A stretch of DNA of 64,000 nucleotides, taken from contig OZ024752.1 of NCBI GenBank assembly GCA_964016885.1, forward strand, positions 47,988,001-48,052,000, given 5' to 3'. The notes under the pieces were generated by a model, which saw only the letters and a program-made list of their open reading frames with translations, did not search any database and was not told where the DNA came from. This stretch comes from Eledone cirrhosa. Lineage: Eukaryota. The first letter of the stretch is position 1. Each line of letters begins with the position of its first letter. The translations under genes were made by a program, and so were the position numbers. This document shows positions 45,043-60,319 of the stretch, in pieces.

Positions 45043-45138
45043 TGAAATATCTATGATCGTTGGCAAATCACTGATGAGGGACTCATTTTATAACATGTTA
45101 TCCATGTGCAACCTGCAGTATTCTTCTCCCCATTTTTT
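45043..45138 (+). repeat. Dispersed repeat, family A
   Basis: Matches 18135-18232 inverted. Confidence 0.7.
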
Positions 45139-45251
45139 CTTATATATATATATATATATATATATAAGTTTATCCCAGGTTCAATCGGGAGTAACCACAG
45201 TAAGTAAAGTACTCAATACAAAGCAGAGTATAAATATTTAATGTAGAAAAG

Positions 45252-45300
45252 GCTTCTACAGGACTAGAACTGTTTCATTCCGGAGAAATCATCAGGAAGC
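45252..45300 (-). ncRNA. Type I hammerhead ribozyme, family B (element about 45167-45478)
   Basis: Minus strand: GCTTC CTGATGA TTTC-TCCG-GAAT GAAA CAG-TTCTAGTC-CTG TA GAAGC; 5-bp stem I, 4-bp stem III, GUA triplet. Confidence 0.72.
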
Positions 45301-45476
45301 TGGCAGTCCAAGTAATATGGTGGTATTTATATATCTTTTCTGGTGGTAGTGATTGGGATGGGTGGAGGTCATTGGTTGATGGGTTTAAAGAAGGCGGAAT
45401 TCTATAAAAACTATATTTAGAATAACAAAGGCAGAAAGAATTCTATAGATAAGTTCACTCTGGGGGGTGCCACTCC

Positions 45477-45520
<44 letters not shown>

Positions 45521-45523
<3 letters not shown>

Positions 45524-45718
45524 GAAAGAGCTGTGGTAAGGAACCAGGTGGACCATAATGTACCAGAGTACTCAATACTTAGGGTAGTAGAGTGGGTAAT
45601 AGGAAAATGTTTGACCCCGACTGTAGAGCTCAAGCTGTTTTGACGGCTATTTCTGGACCGAGTCCAGAAATAGCCGTCGAAATGGCTTGAGCTCTGCCGT
45701 TGGAGTCAAACATTTTCC
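45521..45718 (-). mobile_element. Fold-back element, family C
   Basis: Hairpin 45602-45718; the shared downstream sequence is reverse complemented. Confidence 0.65.
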
Positions 45719-45769
45719 TATATATATAGAGAGAGAGATATAGATAGATAGATAGATATATAGATAGAT

Positions 45770-46432
45770 AACTTTCTTTTTATTTGCCACCAGGGCGTCA
45801 AAGAGTGGGACAAGTACAATGGGGAGAGTTTACATAAAAAGGCGTCCTCAATAAGGAGGAGGCAATAACAAAATATAAAAATATAAAATATAAAATATAA
45901 CAAAAATAAATTGAATAACAAAATCCTCAATAGGGAGGAGGAGGTGCCTTGGGGGGCGGGGTCGCACACCCCCCCGAAAAAGTGTGAAACCCTTCTCCTC
46001 AGGAGCACAGAGAGAGGGTGCTCCCTTGATCTTTCATCTTTCTCACCTACAGTCTGATGGATGTAGAGTGAAGGTCCATTCACACGGGCCATTCTCGCCA
46101 CTTTCACCCATCTTTCATAGAAACGGCTGGGGTGCAGCACCTCTCTCTCCATCCTGATCCTTCTTCCGAAATGATATCGGAAGAAACGGACCAGTTGTTG
46201 GCCAGAGAGAAAGGTGTCTGACCTCAGTCCTTTCAGACGCGTCCACCATACAACCTCTTTCACCATGGCTATTACGCACAGAAACACCGCCTCTCCTTCG
46301 TTTTTGAAGAGGGGAGGCGGCTTGATCGTTACAATAGACTTGGTGGTCAACCGGATCGGTCCCACCCGTGATAGCAGTCGTTCGACATAGCCCCACAGAT
46401 CGGCAATGCCCAAGCAGTGTACCAATACATGT
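45770..46432 (-). mobile_element. 5'-truncated L1/Tx1-like LINE (zinc-knuckle C-terminus plus 3'UTR)
   Basis: HVLVHC...LWGYVE (HxxxxC...W), KEVVWWTR and FYERW motifs; AATAAA at the 3' end; both ends in (GATA)n. Confidence 0.75.
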
Positions 46433-47217
46433 GATAGATATATAGATAGATAGATAGAGGGATGAGAGAAGTAAAATGAAAATGTCCGATTGTGCTTTGT
46501 TTCTTTTATAAATAAATCCACACATTGTACTACAAACTATTAAATTTCAAAGTGAAAGCACAGTTGTTCAATCTTAACAGCGTCTATAACATCTTTAGCT
46601 ACAGATTACAGTTAAAGTCTTTCTTGCTCTTTAGGCTGAAGTATACCCTAGTTTCATGTAGCATTAAACCTTTCATTGCCATATTTCTATTGAAATACTC
46701 CATATTGAAAGTAGTTATTGAAGAGTTTAGAGGGATTTACTAAAGTTATTAATTATTTCATTGTTATGATGCTATTTAAAACAACAAAATTAAAATTATA
46801 CAGACAGGTTCAATTTAAATAGAAACCTTTTAAAAGGGTGGTTTTATTTCAGTGAACCAGAGGTGGTTTAGAGTAGATTAGTATTGAAAGGAATGAAGCA
46901 ACTGAGAATACAAAACTCCAGTGTTAACTGGAGCAATGGGAAATGAAATGCTGTGCTTAAAACCACAATGTGCCACCTGGAGCCAGAATCTAGAGCACAC
47001 CTTTACAATAATGAGCTTAACACTCTAACCACTACACCACGTTCCTTCACCTATAAATATTAATTACTGACTTTTTTAATTTGCAGGACCTGTTCTACTT
47101 TATTCCACTCCATCAGATCATTTTTTAGTTTAATAAAAAATTAATTATGCTTCTCTCCAAATTTCCTGTTTCCCCACCCAGTCACTATCTCTTTCTTTCT
47201 CTTATTTTTCACAAACC

Positions 47218-47252
<35 letters not shown>

Positions 47253-47278
47253 AATGTCTATCTATCTCTACCTATTTA

Positions 47279-47373
<95 letters not shown>

Positions 47374-47466
47374 CCATCTAGTTTTCTATCCCTCTATGTA
47401 TCTGTCTGTCAATAAATCTATCTATGTATCTATCTATCTATTTATCCATCTCTCTCTAGCTCTGTA

Positions 47467-47528
<62 letters not shown>

Positions 47529-47593
47529 TAGCCATCTAGTTTTCTATCCCTCTATGTATCTACCTATCTATTTATCCATCTCTCTCTAGCTCT

Positions 47594-47647
<54 letters not shown>

Positions 47648-47801
47648 ATATATATATATATATGTGTGTATATATATATATATGTAGCCATCTAGTTTTC
47701 TATCCCTCCATGTATCTATCTATCTATTTATTCACCCATTCATCTCATCTAAAGTTGTATGTTTGTTTGTCTCACATTTCCTCAATCTTTCTTTCCTTAT
47801 T

Positions 47802-47833
<32 letters not shown>

Positions 47834-47863
47834 TATTATTACTATCATTATTATTTTTATTAG

Positions 47864-48041
47864 CTTGCTTGAGAAGCAGAGAAGATCTTATAAAACACAA
47901 GCCTACCATGATCGCGTCTACCTACCACCAACTGCTAGAACAATCACTAAAATAATGCCACTTATTAAAGAAGCAAACGAGCACTCTTCCGGCACGATAT
48001 TTACAGCGGTCTTTATAAGAGGAATAATTTTAGAAGTTTAA
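47864..48041 (+). other. Candidate terminal exon
   Basis: Follows ttatttttattag; unique and CpG-containing; open as LLEKQRRSYKTQAYHDRVYLPP...LEV* or CLRSREDLIKHK...SLK*. Confidence 0.25.
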
Positions 48042-48182
48042 AATTAATCTTATCTCATCAATTTATTTCTAAACTTGATATTACTGAACATTACTTTATT
48101 CAAGTTTAGCATTTTCCCCTTCTTTTCAAAAATTTTACCATATTTTTCTTTCTTTCTTTCTTATGTTTTTGTAAATGTTTTT

Positions 48183-48225
<43 letters not shown>

Positions 48226-48943
48226 AAAAATTCCTCTTTTTATATATTTATTAAATTTAAATTTTGTTTTTATATTTTATTTTGTTTATCTTCTTTGAAA
48301 TTTGTATTTATTATTACATATATTTATCATATATATACATATACACACACACATATATATATATAATATGTATATATATATGTATATATTTTTTTAAAAA
48401 TTTATTATTATATGTATATATATTATTTTTATTATTATTACAATTTGCATAACTGCAATTAGGATTTCTGACAACATCAGTTCATTAGCTTTGCTTTTGT
48501 ATATATATTAAACCATGTATTATTATTATTATATACGACCATCTTTTGGTGCCAGATACTAGTTTTAGCAATGTATATTAGTCTTATGACATTTTCATAG
48601 AAAAACCTATAATTATGCCTTTGCACTAAGTTTCTAAAACATTTATATCTCTTATTTTAGATTATTTTACTTTGTATAGGGTTTATTTATGCCTTTATAT
48701 GTTGTTGTTGTTATTGTTGTTGTTGTTGATGCCTTTATTTGTTGTTGTCATTATTATTGTTGGTGTTGTTTGTTGTTGTTTCTGTTTTTATTTTAATTCA
48801 CCATCATTAGCTGATCCGTTCTAGAAGTGTTCTTTAAAAAAGAAAACAGAAAGAAAGAAAGAATCTATTTCTGTAATTTCTTTAGATTATATTTCTCTTT
48901 GAGCTTGTTATTTTAAACCTTTGTATAAGTGTATGATAGATAG

Positions 48944-48985
<42 letters not shown>

Positions 48986-49073
48986 GGAAAGAGAGAGATT
49001 AGATAGGTAGATGGAGAGAGAGAGAGAGATTAGATAGGTAGATAGAGAGATGGAGAGAGATTAGATAGGTAGA

Positions 49074-49112
<39 letters not shown>

Positions 49113-49161
49113 GATAAGTAGATAGAGAGAGATTGTATATATATATATATCCACGAGTCTT

Positions 49162-49249
<88 letters not shown>

Positions 49250-50212
49250 ATAGATAATTAGATAGTAGATACATGTAGGTAGGTAGATAGATATATATAT
49301 ATAGAGAGACAGAGATAGATAGAGATAGAGAGAGAGAGAGGGAGAGAGGGACTATTTGATAAAGTAAATGTGAATGCGAGTATATATGTATATATGTATA
49401 TATATGTGCGTGTGTGTACACACATGCACATGCTCTTCTGCGGAGACATTTACACATACATATACACATAGATAAAGTACAGTGACACATACATTTGTAG
49501 AAATGTCCAGAGTCACACACACACACACACACTCACACACATGTATGTACATAAATATCCAGTAATACACATGTATGTATATAAACAACTGTGACACATA
49601 CATACATCCATGTATATAAACGTCCAGAGATTATTTACGAACAATACTGATAGAGAGAAAAATTCAGCTCGTGTATTTAAATTAAGAACGGAATGGTTTC
49701 ATACCATTACATTGGTATGAAAATTAGACATTGATTATTTTGAGTTAAATTTAAAGGTGGATGTTTAAATTTTCTGTCTCGTTCTTTTCTATTGATGGCG
49801 ACAGTGGTCGTGGTGGTGCTGTTGGCAGTTGCTGCAGTGTCATTAGTAATGGTAGAGATAGTGCTAATTATAAAAAGTAGTAGTGAGAGTGTTGGTGCCT
49901 AATGAAAGCAATAGAAGTGATGGAGGTGTTGATAATAGTAGTGATGGTAGCAATGATAGTCTAGCTATAATAGTGACCATTGGCTTGATCGAGTGTTTTT
50001 AAAAAAAAAAAACCCTTTCATTACCATATTTCTACTGAAAATCATTGTCTATGATTTTCAAATAATTTTGAAAATAATCATGAATTTGGAAGGATTTAGT
50101 AATAATTTTCTCCTTATTAACTCTTAAAGTCCTGTATAACATGAAACTGCATTAACAAGACATTCCTCAGGAGTGAAAGACAGCACTATGACATCACCAT
50201 CAGTGGCAGTAT

Positions 50213-50403
50213 TGGTGGATTGGCAGTATTGGTAGAGGGTCAGATGCCAGGCTTTGCAGCAAAGAGTTACGGCCCTTTATGGTCTGAGTTCAAATCCTGC
50301 CGAGGTTAACTTTGCCTTTCATCCTTACAGGGTCGATAAAATAAAGTACCAGTAATACACTGGGATAATTGCTGGCCTTGTGCCAAAAGTAGAAACAATT
50401 ATT
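50213..50403 (+). mobile_element. tRNA-derived SINE (Meta-like family)
   Basis: Matches 19295-19488. Confidence 0.9.
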
Positions 50404-51543
50404 TAATGTCAATTTTTGCATGCTTGCATTAAACATTAGTCTTTACTCTAATACAGCAAATTTTCACAATGATCTGTCTACTAATAAAGATATAAACATT
50501 TAAATTAACAAACCCATATTTAGATATTTTCTGCTAAGTCATTACAGGATGTTATGATATTTAAGCTCATTTTTAGACCATAGCTTAACAACTTATGACA
50601 GAGTTTAGATAAATATAAAAACTTCCACCATTTAATTAAAATATTTCTAATAAATGACAGAGCCTAAAAATTTCAAATAATTTTGAAAATAACCAAGAAT
50701 TTGGAGGGATTTAGTAATATAGCTAACTTTCTCATTATTATGTTAGTGTTTGGAACATAACATAACAAAGGTTCTTACATACAATTAAAATAGGAGGTTT
50801 TTTTTGATAAAGAAAAACATTTTAAAATGCTAAAACAGATTTAGTATTTTAGAACTAAGGGTCTATCTAAGACAGCTTGGCATCAAAAGGCATTCAAACA
50901 AACAATTCTATATCTTAGAACTCGGGTCAGGTTTAAACAGTTTAATATCATATATTTCAATTCCATGCCACTGTAGATCTACAGTACATAGGCATCTTTC
51001 TGATTACTTACTAGTCATACATAAGTAGATAAGTTCACTACTTCAGGCACGAGACTAAGAAATATATCCAGCTTAGAAGTTTGGCTTGGAAATTCATTGA
51101 TTGGTCAGTAATTTTACCATAATCAGCAAATCTTTAATAAAATCTTTACAGAAATTCATTTTCCATCCAAAACCTCCAGTCACAAATTCTCTTCAAGTCA
51201 TCATCATCATCAGCAGTATCACCATGTTCATCATCATCACCACCATCATCATTTAATGTCCATTTTCCTTGTTAGTAAAGGTTGTACCATCAAATATTTA
51301 GTGTGAACATATTCTAATTGCTGGCCTTGTGCCTAAATTGGAAACCAATATTTAGAATTAAGGAACAGGATTGGCAGAATCCCTAGAACATCTGACTTTA
51401 TGTTCAGAGTTCACATTCTACAGTGGTTAAGTTTATATTTCATCAATCTGTCTCCTTGAATTACAGGTGCAGTCCATCCAACAAACTTTCAGTTTCCATC
51501 TACTCAATTTCACTCATAAGGCATATAATAATAATATATAATG

Positions 51544-51790
51544 ATAATAATTGTTTCTACTTTTGGCACAAGGCCAGCAATTACCCAGTACATTACTGGT
51601 ACTTTATTTTATCGACCCCATAAGGATGAAAGGCAAAGTTAACCTCGGCGTGATAATGATAATAATAATGAAAATTATTGTGTACAGTGCTCAGGTGCAC
51701 TACAACTCATCAAATGTGCATGTATAATATATAGAATAATGTACAAATGTCAGGGAAGTGAACAGTGTATAATATAAGTCATGATATACA
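51544..51790 (-). mobile_element. Truncated SINE joined to the end of the (TTA)n-tailed element
   Basis: SINE at 51544-51650, (TAA)n, then tattgtgtacagtgctcaggtgcac. Confidence 0.8.
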
Positions 51791-52436
51791 TACAAACAGA
51801 CACACACATACACATAGACGCATGTATGTGTGTGTGTGTGTATGGAGGGAGACTATCGGGTGTAGTGTAGGCTATGATAAATAACACTTTCCCAAGATGC
51901 CATGCAATGGGATTGAACCTGATATCTAATGATTGCTAAACAAACTTCTTAACCATTTGGCCATGCTGCAGCCATTGGCTTATAGGAACATCGCAATAAA
52001 TGTAAAAATAAAAAAAAATAAATAAAATTATGTAAACTTATAAAGAATATAAGAGATACAACATCCCAAAGATAACAAATGTTAAAAGAATGAAATTGTT
52101 TGATACCTTACAGAGAGCAGCTTTAAATGTTGATTTTAAGCCAACAAATACATGATAGAGCCACTTTGTTATAAAACTATTTCTGGTTTGGCTCTTTTCT
52201 TTATCTCGTTTCCTATATTTCCTTTCTAATTTAGACATATCCATAAAAACACTAAATATACAAATGGTATTTCTCATCGTATTTGATACAAAACATATGA
52301 AGATTTAAAGAATAATATGTCATTGCAATAACAAATATATAACAAAAAACAACCCAACTTATTTTTGTTGTTGGTTTGTCTGTTTCTTTGTTTGTATATT
52401 TATTTGTTGGTGCTGCTGTAATATATGTGTTGTTAG

Positions 52437-52517
52437 CTGTTTTCTCAACTGATGAAAGATATTCTGATGAGACAGAAAATAGATTATGACGAGCTGTTGA
52501 CACTCAAATTGGATTAA
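52437..52517 (+). other. Candidate terminal coding exon
   Basis: TG-rich tract ending tgttgttag, then LFSQLMKDILMRQKIDYDELLTLKLD*. Confidence 0.28.
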
Positions 52518-53881
52518 CTTCAAAATCTAAAAGAGAAACTACTTTATTACTTAGCCGGAATCATCCTAGATTTCAAGTGAGCAAATCAAAAATACATGGT
52601 TGATCATAATGATATTTACATTTTTACTACTAATGTCTTAAAATGTCTGGCAAAATTATCAGATCTATCAAACAAAATGAAACAAAAACCCAGCATTTAT
52701 CCCCAAAATGCCGACTTAAGATTCCACAAACAAGAGCGAAATAAGGTACAGTTATACAGCTGTCATATATATTCTTCTAAGTCTCTTTTACTTCCAGGAA
52801 TTTATTTTTAACCTTTATTGAATAAATGGATCTTCCTCCTTGCTTTGGTTTATTATATTATATATATATATATATATAGGTTTTTTTTTATATTTTAAAA
52901 TAATTTGGGGTTGAAAATATATAGAAATGACACACAAGATGAAGGATACAAATAAATATGTGAAGAAAATCAGGGAGATATTAGTTTATTGGTGGTTGTC
53001 ACTGCATTATTAAACCTGTCTTCACTTAAATAATTCTTTAATCATTATTGTGACATTTCACTAGCAGCTTGACACCTTTGTCAGTTGAAGTTATTTAAAA
53101 AGTTGAAGAAAGGAAAACAAAACAACATCCCTCATTTAAAAACAACAGCAAACATTCCATCAAAGCTATTCAGACAAATATAGATATATACTTGTGTGCA
53201 TGTGTATGTGTGTATGTACGAATATGTGTATGTGTGTATGTACGAATATGTGTATGTACATGTGTGTTTGTGTGAACTTGGTCAAGAGCCAAAAATAGAT
53301 CATCATTTCTCATGAACCAATGAACAAATAAATATATTTTATTTTTCAAATATAATATCTAATATAATATAACATATAATATCTAATATATAATATATAA
53401 TATAATATAATATATGTCCACAATATGTTTTCAAATATGATATAAAATATATCTTCTCATACTGATGTAAAATGATGAATGATAAATGACAGTGCAACAG
53501 AGCAGAGTGAGACATGATTGATAAATAAATACTGCTTAGAATTTCTGTAATGTTTCAAAAATCCATGTAGGCACAACTTTTACAGTTATTAACTCTTAAT
53601 ATCCTGTACTGCGTAAAACCGCATTAGCTTGAAAAGTACAAAACAACACTAGAAGTGCTTCACATTGAAAATTAGTCTTTAAATTTTTTTTTTTTTTTTG
53701 CTACACATTTTCTCAACGATCTGTCCACTAGTGAAGATGCTATAAACATTTGAATTAACAAAGCTGTTTTTTTTACACATTTTCTGCTAAATTATTACAA
53801 GATGTTATGAGTTGAGAAATAGATCCTGAATGAAAGTCAGTAAATTGGTTTGAGATTAACAGTTACTGAAACCAGCAATAA

Positions 53882-54217
53882 ATCATCATTTCATTTTACG
53901 TCTGCTTTTTCCCTGCTTGCAAGGGTGGGATGGGAACTGATTCTGGCTTGATTTCTACAGCTGGACGCCCTTCCTAACACCAACCTCATTGACAGTGAGT
54001 GATGGGTGCCTTTTTGCTGTGGCACCTCCACGACCACTTTGCAGTGGAATGATAGGGACCGCAGTCCCTATCATCTCATTTCTACAGCTGAGTAAACTGG
54101 AGCAATGTGAAATAAAGTGTCTTGCTCAAGGAAACAACACATCACCCGGTCTGAGAATTGAACTCACAACCTTTCGATTGCAAGGCCAATGCTCTAACCA
54201 CTAAGCCATGTGCCTCC
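53882..54217 (-). mobile_element. Full-length SINE of the same family as 5549-5929
   Basis: Reverse complement with head, central domain and RTE tail. Confidence 0.88.
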
Positions 54218-54873
54218 ATATATATCCTGAAATTTCTAAAACGAATACCAACAACAATTCCTCCTCACCATAATCAGATATATAATACATTTTAACCCCT
54301 AAATATATTTTGTTTAATAAGTGCATGATACAAGTCTTTAGCAACCTGTAAAATATGCAGATGCTGAACAAAAGCCCTACTGAAATGAGACAAAGAGAAC
54401 GAGACAACAAAGAAGGTTAGAATGGAGAGAGAGACGACAAAGAAGCTCAGAAATAATGTGTCTCATCTCAGACAATCTTGGTGACAGGTAAGACATACAC
54501 TAGCTTAGATGTCATCCAAAAATTGAACAAAATTTATGGTCCTTGCCCATACACAATCTTTTTTTGCACTCCATTTTAGATGACACAGGGGCCACAAACT
54601 AGAAATTGTTATATACCAGATGGCAGTTATATACTGCTCTGTTTAATGTTCTAACAACTTAAAGAATATATTTCCCATTATTATTATTATTATAAATTTC
54701 ACACAAATCATCTTTCAGTGGAAGTGAACCTCAAATCATGTGGCTGCAAAGTGGATTTCTTATCCACTAGGCCACATATGTGCCACATGTCTCACTGAAT
54801 TTCTCAAAGCATGGCATCTATCATAATTACTACAATAACAAACAAAAAAAACACACACACACACACACACAAG

Positions 54874-54921
<48 letters not shown>

Positions 54922-54977
54922 AAATACTGTTCAGACAGAGTTACATTTGCACAGACACACATATATACATATATATT

Positions 54978-55009
<32 letters not shown>

Positions 55010-56053
55010 CGCGTTTAAATTTGGTGGTTCACCACTGGGTAGAATTGGTCATTCTGCAACGTTAACCATCATGTAATAGTAGGAAAGCACTCAACATTAT
55101 GCAACTCATCCATCTTTGATGTTGAATACTCTGTCCAGCCTCCTGTCATTTTACTCTATAATCACATGCCAACACAAGAGTATATATATATAAGGGCATC
55201 CAGCTGTAAATCACTGCTTTAAAAAAAGAAAAATCTCATCCAACCCATGATATCATGGAAAAGCATTAATAAAAAATGATAACAACGATGATATACGTAC
55301 ATTTAATAGTGCATATATCCTTTTAATTGCCAATTTCAGAATACACTGGTTTTCAGGCTTTGACCAGAATCAAATTTCAGCCACAATATCTAGAGATATA
55401 TATCTTATATCAACATCACTGTTTTATGTCCATTTCCCATGATGACATAGGTTGGATGGGTTGTCATGGTTCCTAACTAGTCAAGATTGGGATGGCTTAT
55501 ACGTTCCATTTTTTGGCATGATTTCTTCAGCTGAATTTCCTTCTTAACACGTACCATCTTTCAGAATGTATTGGGTGTGTTTTATTGGCACTTGTACTTA
55601 CAGAGTGTACTGGGTGCATTTTATGATGGCATCGGCTTGACCACTTTACAGAGTGTTTATATATATATCAGGTATGTTACAATATAAAGAATTCATGAGG
55701 AAATATACAAAAAATAATCCAAAAAAGGCATTTCAAAGAAATAAAGCTATGAGTGTAGGTAGCATAAATTCAGAGTGGGATTTATATGTAAGATAAACAA
55801 GCTATAGCTTAGGGCCCCCACACAAAAAATACTGACAATTTGTCGCTGACATAGGACATCTGGGCATATAAAGGACCCCATTATATCAAATAGCTTAGGG
55901 CCTCATCAAATCTAAATCCGGCCCTGCATAAATTGGTGTAAATGTGTGTAGTGTCATGTTCGAGGTGGAACAGATGAGATATTGGGAAAGAGGGGGAAGA
56001 AATGAGGAGACACTATATGAAAGAAAGAGTAAGAGTGAAAAAGAGATAGACAA

Positions 56054-56104
<51 letters not shown>

Positions 56105-56315
56105 GATAGAGAAAGAGAAGGAAAAGAGATAGACAAATAGATAGAGAAAGAGAAGGAAAAGAGAGTCAGAAAAAAGAGAGATAGACAAACAGATAGAGAG
56201 AGAGAGAAAAAGTGAAATAGACAAATAGATAGAAGCAGAGAGGGGGAATAACTGGAAACTGAAAAAAAAAAATGAAAGAATATAGATTAGAAGAAACAAA
56301 CAAAAGGTGAATGAG

Positions 56316-57026
56316 GGAGGGGGAATGTAGAGGATAGGAGGGATGGGGAATGTAGAGGATAGGAGGGGGTGTAGAGGGTAGGAAGGAGGGGGAACGTAGA
56401 GGATAGGAGGGATGGGGAATATAGAGGATAGGAGGGGGGATGTAGAGGATGGGAGGTGGGATGTAGACGGTAGGACGGGAGGGGTAATGTAGAGGAGAGG
56501 AGGGGTAATGTAGGGGATAGGAGGGAGGGGTAATGTAGAGGATAGAAAGGGGATGTAGAGAATAAGAGGAGCAATGTAGAGAATAGAAGATGGGGGATGT
56601 AGAGAATAGAAGATAAGGGGGAGAATATAGAAGATAGGGGGGAGAATATAGAAGATAGGGGGGAGAATATAGAAGATAAGGGGGAGAATATAGAAGATAG
56701 GGGGGGAGAATATAGAAGATAGGGGGGAGAATATAGAAGATAGGGGGGAGAATATAGAAGATAGGGGGGGGTATAGAAGATAGGGGGGGTATAGAAGATA
56801 GGGGGGGGTATAGAAGATAGGGGGGATATAGAAGATAGGGGGGATATAGAAGATAGAGGGGGGATATAGAAGATAGGGGGGGAGGGAGAATATAGAAGAT
56901 AGGGGGGGGAGAATATAGAAGATAGGGGGGAGGGAGAATATAGAAGATAGGGGGGGGAGAATATAGAAGATAGGGGGGGGAATATAGAAGATAGGGGGGG
57001 GGGGTATAGAAGATAGGGGGGGGAAT
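56316..57026. repeat. Purine/G-rich minisatellite (about 21-bp ggggggagaatatagaagata), grading from gaatgtagaggataggaggg
   Basis: Visible; source of the Pro/Ile-rich ORFs. Confidence 0.92.
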
Positions 57027-57343
57027 ATAGTAGGTAAGAGAGGAGAAAGCAGGCAAAAAAAAAAAAAAAAAAAAGAAAAAATGGCATAATAATAAAATAA
57101 AATAAATGAATATATAAATATATATAAAAAGGGAAATGAGAGAGTTTTGCAAGGAACCCACTCCACCCAGCCGTATCTGGAATGGTTATCTGGAAGCAGT
57201 CTGTAAATCATCAAATGAATGCAAACAAACCCCAAAATAATGGTAAGTTAACTGGCATTTTTCAGTCAATAATTCATTCAGTTGAACATCTATACATACA
57301 TTTATATACACACACACACACATATATTGTGTGTGTATATATA

Positions 57344-57374
<31 letters not shown>

Positions 57375-57409
57375 GTGTGTCTGTGTGTATATATATATTT
57401 ATATATATA

Positions 57410-57454
<45 letters not shown>

Positions 57455-57497
57455 ATATATATATATATATGTGTGTGTGTGTATATATATATATATT

Positions 57498-57572
<75 letters not shown>

Positions 57573-57573
57573 A

Positions 57574-57606
<33 letters not shown>

Positions 57607-57643
57607 GCATACATAGATATATTATATATATATACACACACAC

Positions 57644-57684
<41 letters not shown>

Positions 57685-59812
57685 AACATATATATATATA
57701 TATAGTGTCTTCTGTGTGTGTATGTGATTCTGTGTGTATGTTTATCCAAAAAATATATGTGTGTGTGTATCTGTATGTGTTTATGTGTGTGCGTGTGTAT
57801 CTGTATGTGTTTATGTGTGTGTGTGTGTATGTGTTTGTGTTTATGTGTGTGTGTGCCGTTGTTTATTATAGGTGCATATATGTTTATGTAAATATATAGA
57901 GAGGCAAACAAAATACATACTTACACATACACACACACACACTTACACACACATACACACACACACACCCACACACTTACACACACATATATACACAAAC
58001 ACAAGTTATAAACATCTAAGTTTTAGAAGACGTGAAACTATGAATATATGCATGTTAGTGTGTATATATATATATACATGTATGTAGATATACATGTGTA
58101 TATATGTCGTTGATCTTGTTTGTGTGTGTCTCTGTGTTTGTGTGTGTATGTGTATGTTTGTGCGTGTGTGTGTATGTGTATGTTTGTGTGTATGTGTATG
58201 TATGAATGTACGTAGGACGTTATGCATGTATATTATTATAGTCATTCATGCATAAAAATCCGTGAGTAGATCATATAAGTATGTATATATATTCATGGAC
58301 TCCAAAACTACACACTGTACTTTACACACACAGAGACACACACACATCCACACACAGACCTACACACACACACACAGATACACACACACAGAGGCTCACA
58401 TACACACACACACCCACACATATGCAATAAAACATGGTAACACATGTACACACACACACACAAGTATGTGGGATACACTACAGATAAATAAATCTTCTAT
58501 AAATCTTTGTTCCATCTTCCTCCCCTTCACCCCCCCCCCCCCCTCACCCTCCACCACATCCTTCTTCCTCATCGTTGTCATCCTTCTTCTGAATAACACC
58601 AATTATTTGCGTATATGGATTTCAGAGTATGTTGTACGCAAGCATACTGTTTCATTTGTGCTTATGCACACACACACATGCAGCATATGAACAAACATGC
58701 ATAAAATGAAGATGACGAAGATGGTGATGATGATGATGATGATGCTGGTGGTGGTGGTGATGATGATGATGATGATGGCGACGATGATGATGCCAAAGAT
58801 ATGGAAATGAAATATACTTTATCTACATGCAATATATCTGTGCATTTGAGCCAACAGAAGCAAATACCATACATGCACGAAGTATCACAAACTAACCTTA
58901 CACTGACGCGCACATACAGATATACATACACGCATGCACTCTCACTCTCTCTGTGTCTCTCTCTCAATCACACACACACACACACACACAAACAGACATG
59001 CATACATACATTCACATATAATAAAGTACAATATATTTATCAGTTTAACCTCTGTGTATCAAAGTGATATATAATTATGTGTATGTCTAATATATCTATG
59101 TATATCTCAATGTGCAATCTATTTCTATATCAAAGAGATTATATATGTATGTATGTATGTAGGTACGCATATATATATACACATATACATATATATATAT
59201 GTGTATATATATCAGGGAAAACTGATATTAAATGATGGTGGTGATGATGATGTATACATGTATACTTATAGATATATATCTCAATCTACCTATCTATATA
59301 CACGCACATATGTAAACAGATGAATAAATATCCATATATATATATATACCTATATATATATATACCTATATATATATATATATATGTACACGCCTATATA
59401 CATATACACACCACACACCTCTATAATGTGTATGCACAAACAGACACACTAGTAATATATCTAGGTTCTTCATTCTTGGCGTAGTATATTTATATATCTA
59501 AAAAGAAATATACTTTTATATATTCAAATAATATATCTATGTACATCTTGACATGATATATTTAAGCAGTATCAAAAGAAATATATTTATATATGTCCGA
59601 GCGATACATCTCTATATCTAGGAATAATATATTTATGTCAAAAGAAATATATTTATCTAAACGCAACTTTCATACTTTTGTACGTGTTACTGTGATATAC
59701 TTATGTACATCAAAGGGGAAATATATATTATTTGCTTCTATGTGCAACCTATTCAATTATACATTGGGAAAATATACGCATGGTTATCAAAATATTGTAT
59801 GTTTATATATAC

Positions 59813-59845
<33 letters not shown>

Positions 59846-60319
59846 CATACTCATAAATATATATTTTCATAAACATATATATTTATTTATGAGATAGATA
59901 TCTACGTGTGCAAAAAAATATGATACAAATTAGAGGAAAATATTAATCTTTTGTATCATTTTTATATCACTTCCTCTGGTTACATGTGCTTGTGCTTTCT
60001 ACAACTCTGTGCCTATAAGGCTGGCAGTAAATTATAAAGCTAGGGAGGTGAAATTATTGGGAGTAAAAGTATTAAATTAGTAGATTACCAAGAATGTCAA
60101 TGACAACAGTTTTGAGTTCAAACTATATCCAGGTAAGAAACAATATCTGTAAATGTATTGATTCCAATAAGAAGTATCAGGTAGGTCATCCCGTCTTAGA
60201 GCTGTGGTTAGAAGTTATTGTCTGGATGTTACCAAAATAAGTTACTAAAAATCCTGAAGTGATTATGATGGAACATAGTACAGAATCAGTAAATATACAC
60301 ACACACATATATATATACA

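Noticed and set aside
45043-45100. Possible type II hammerhead in family A (GAAA...TGAT/ATCA CTGATGA GGG)
   Set aside because: No helix II partner upstream of GAAA, and the triplet region is not conserved in the 18200 copy.
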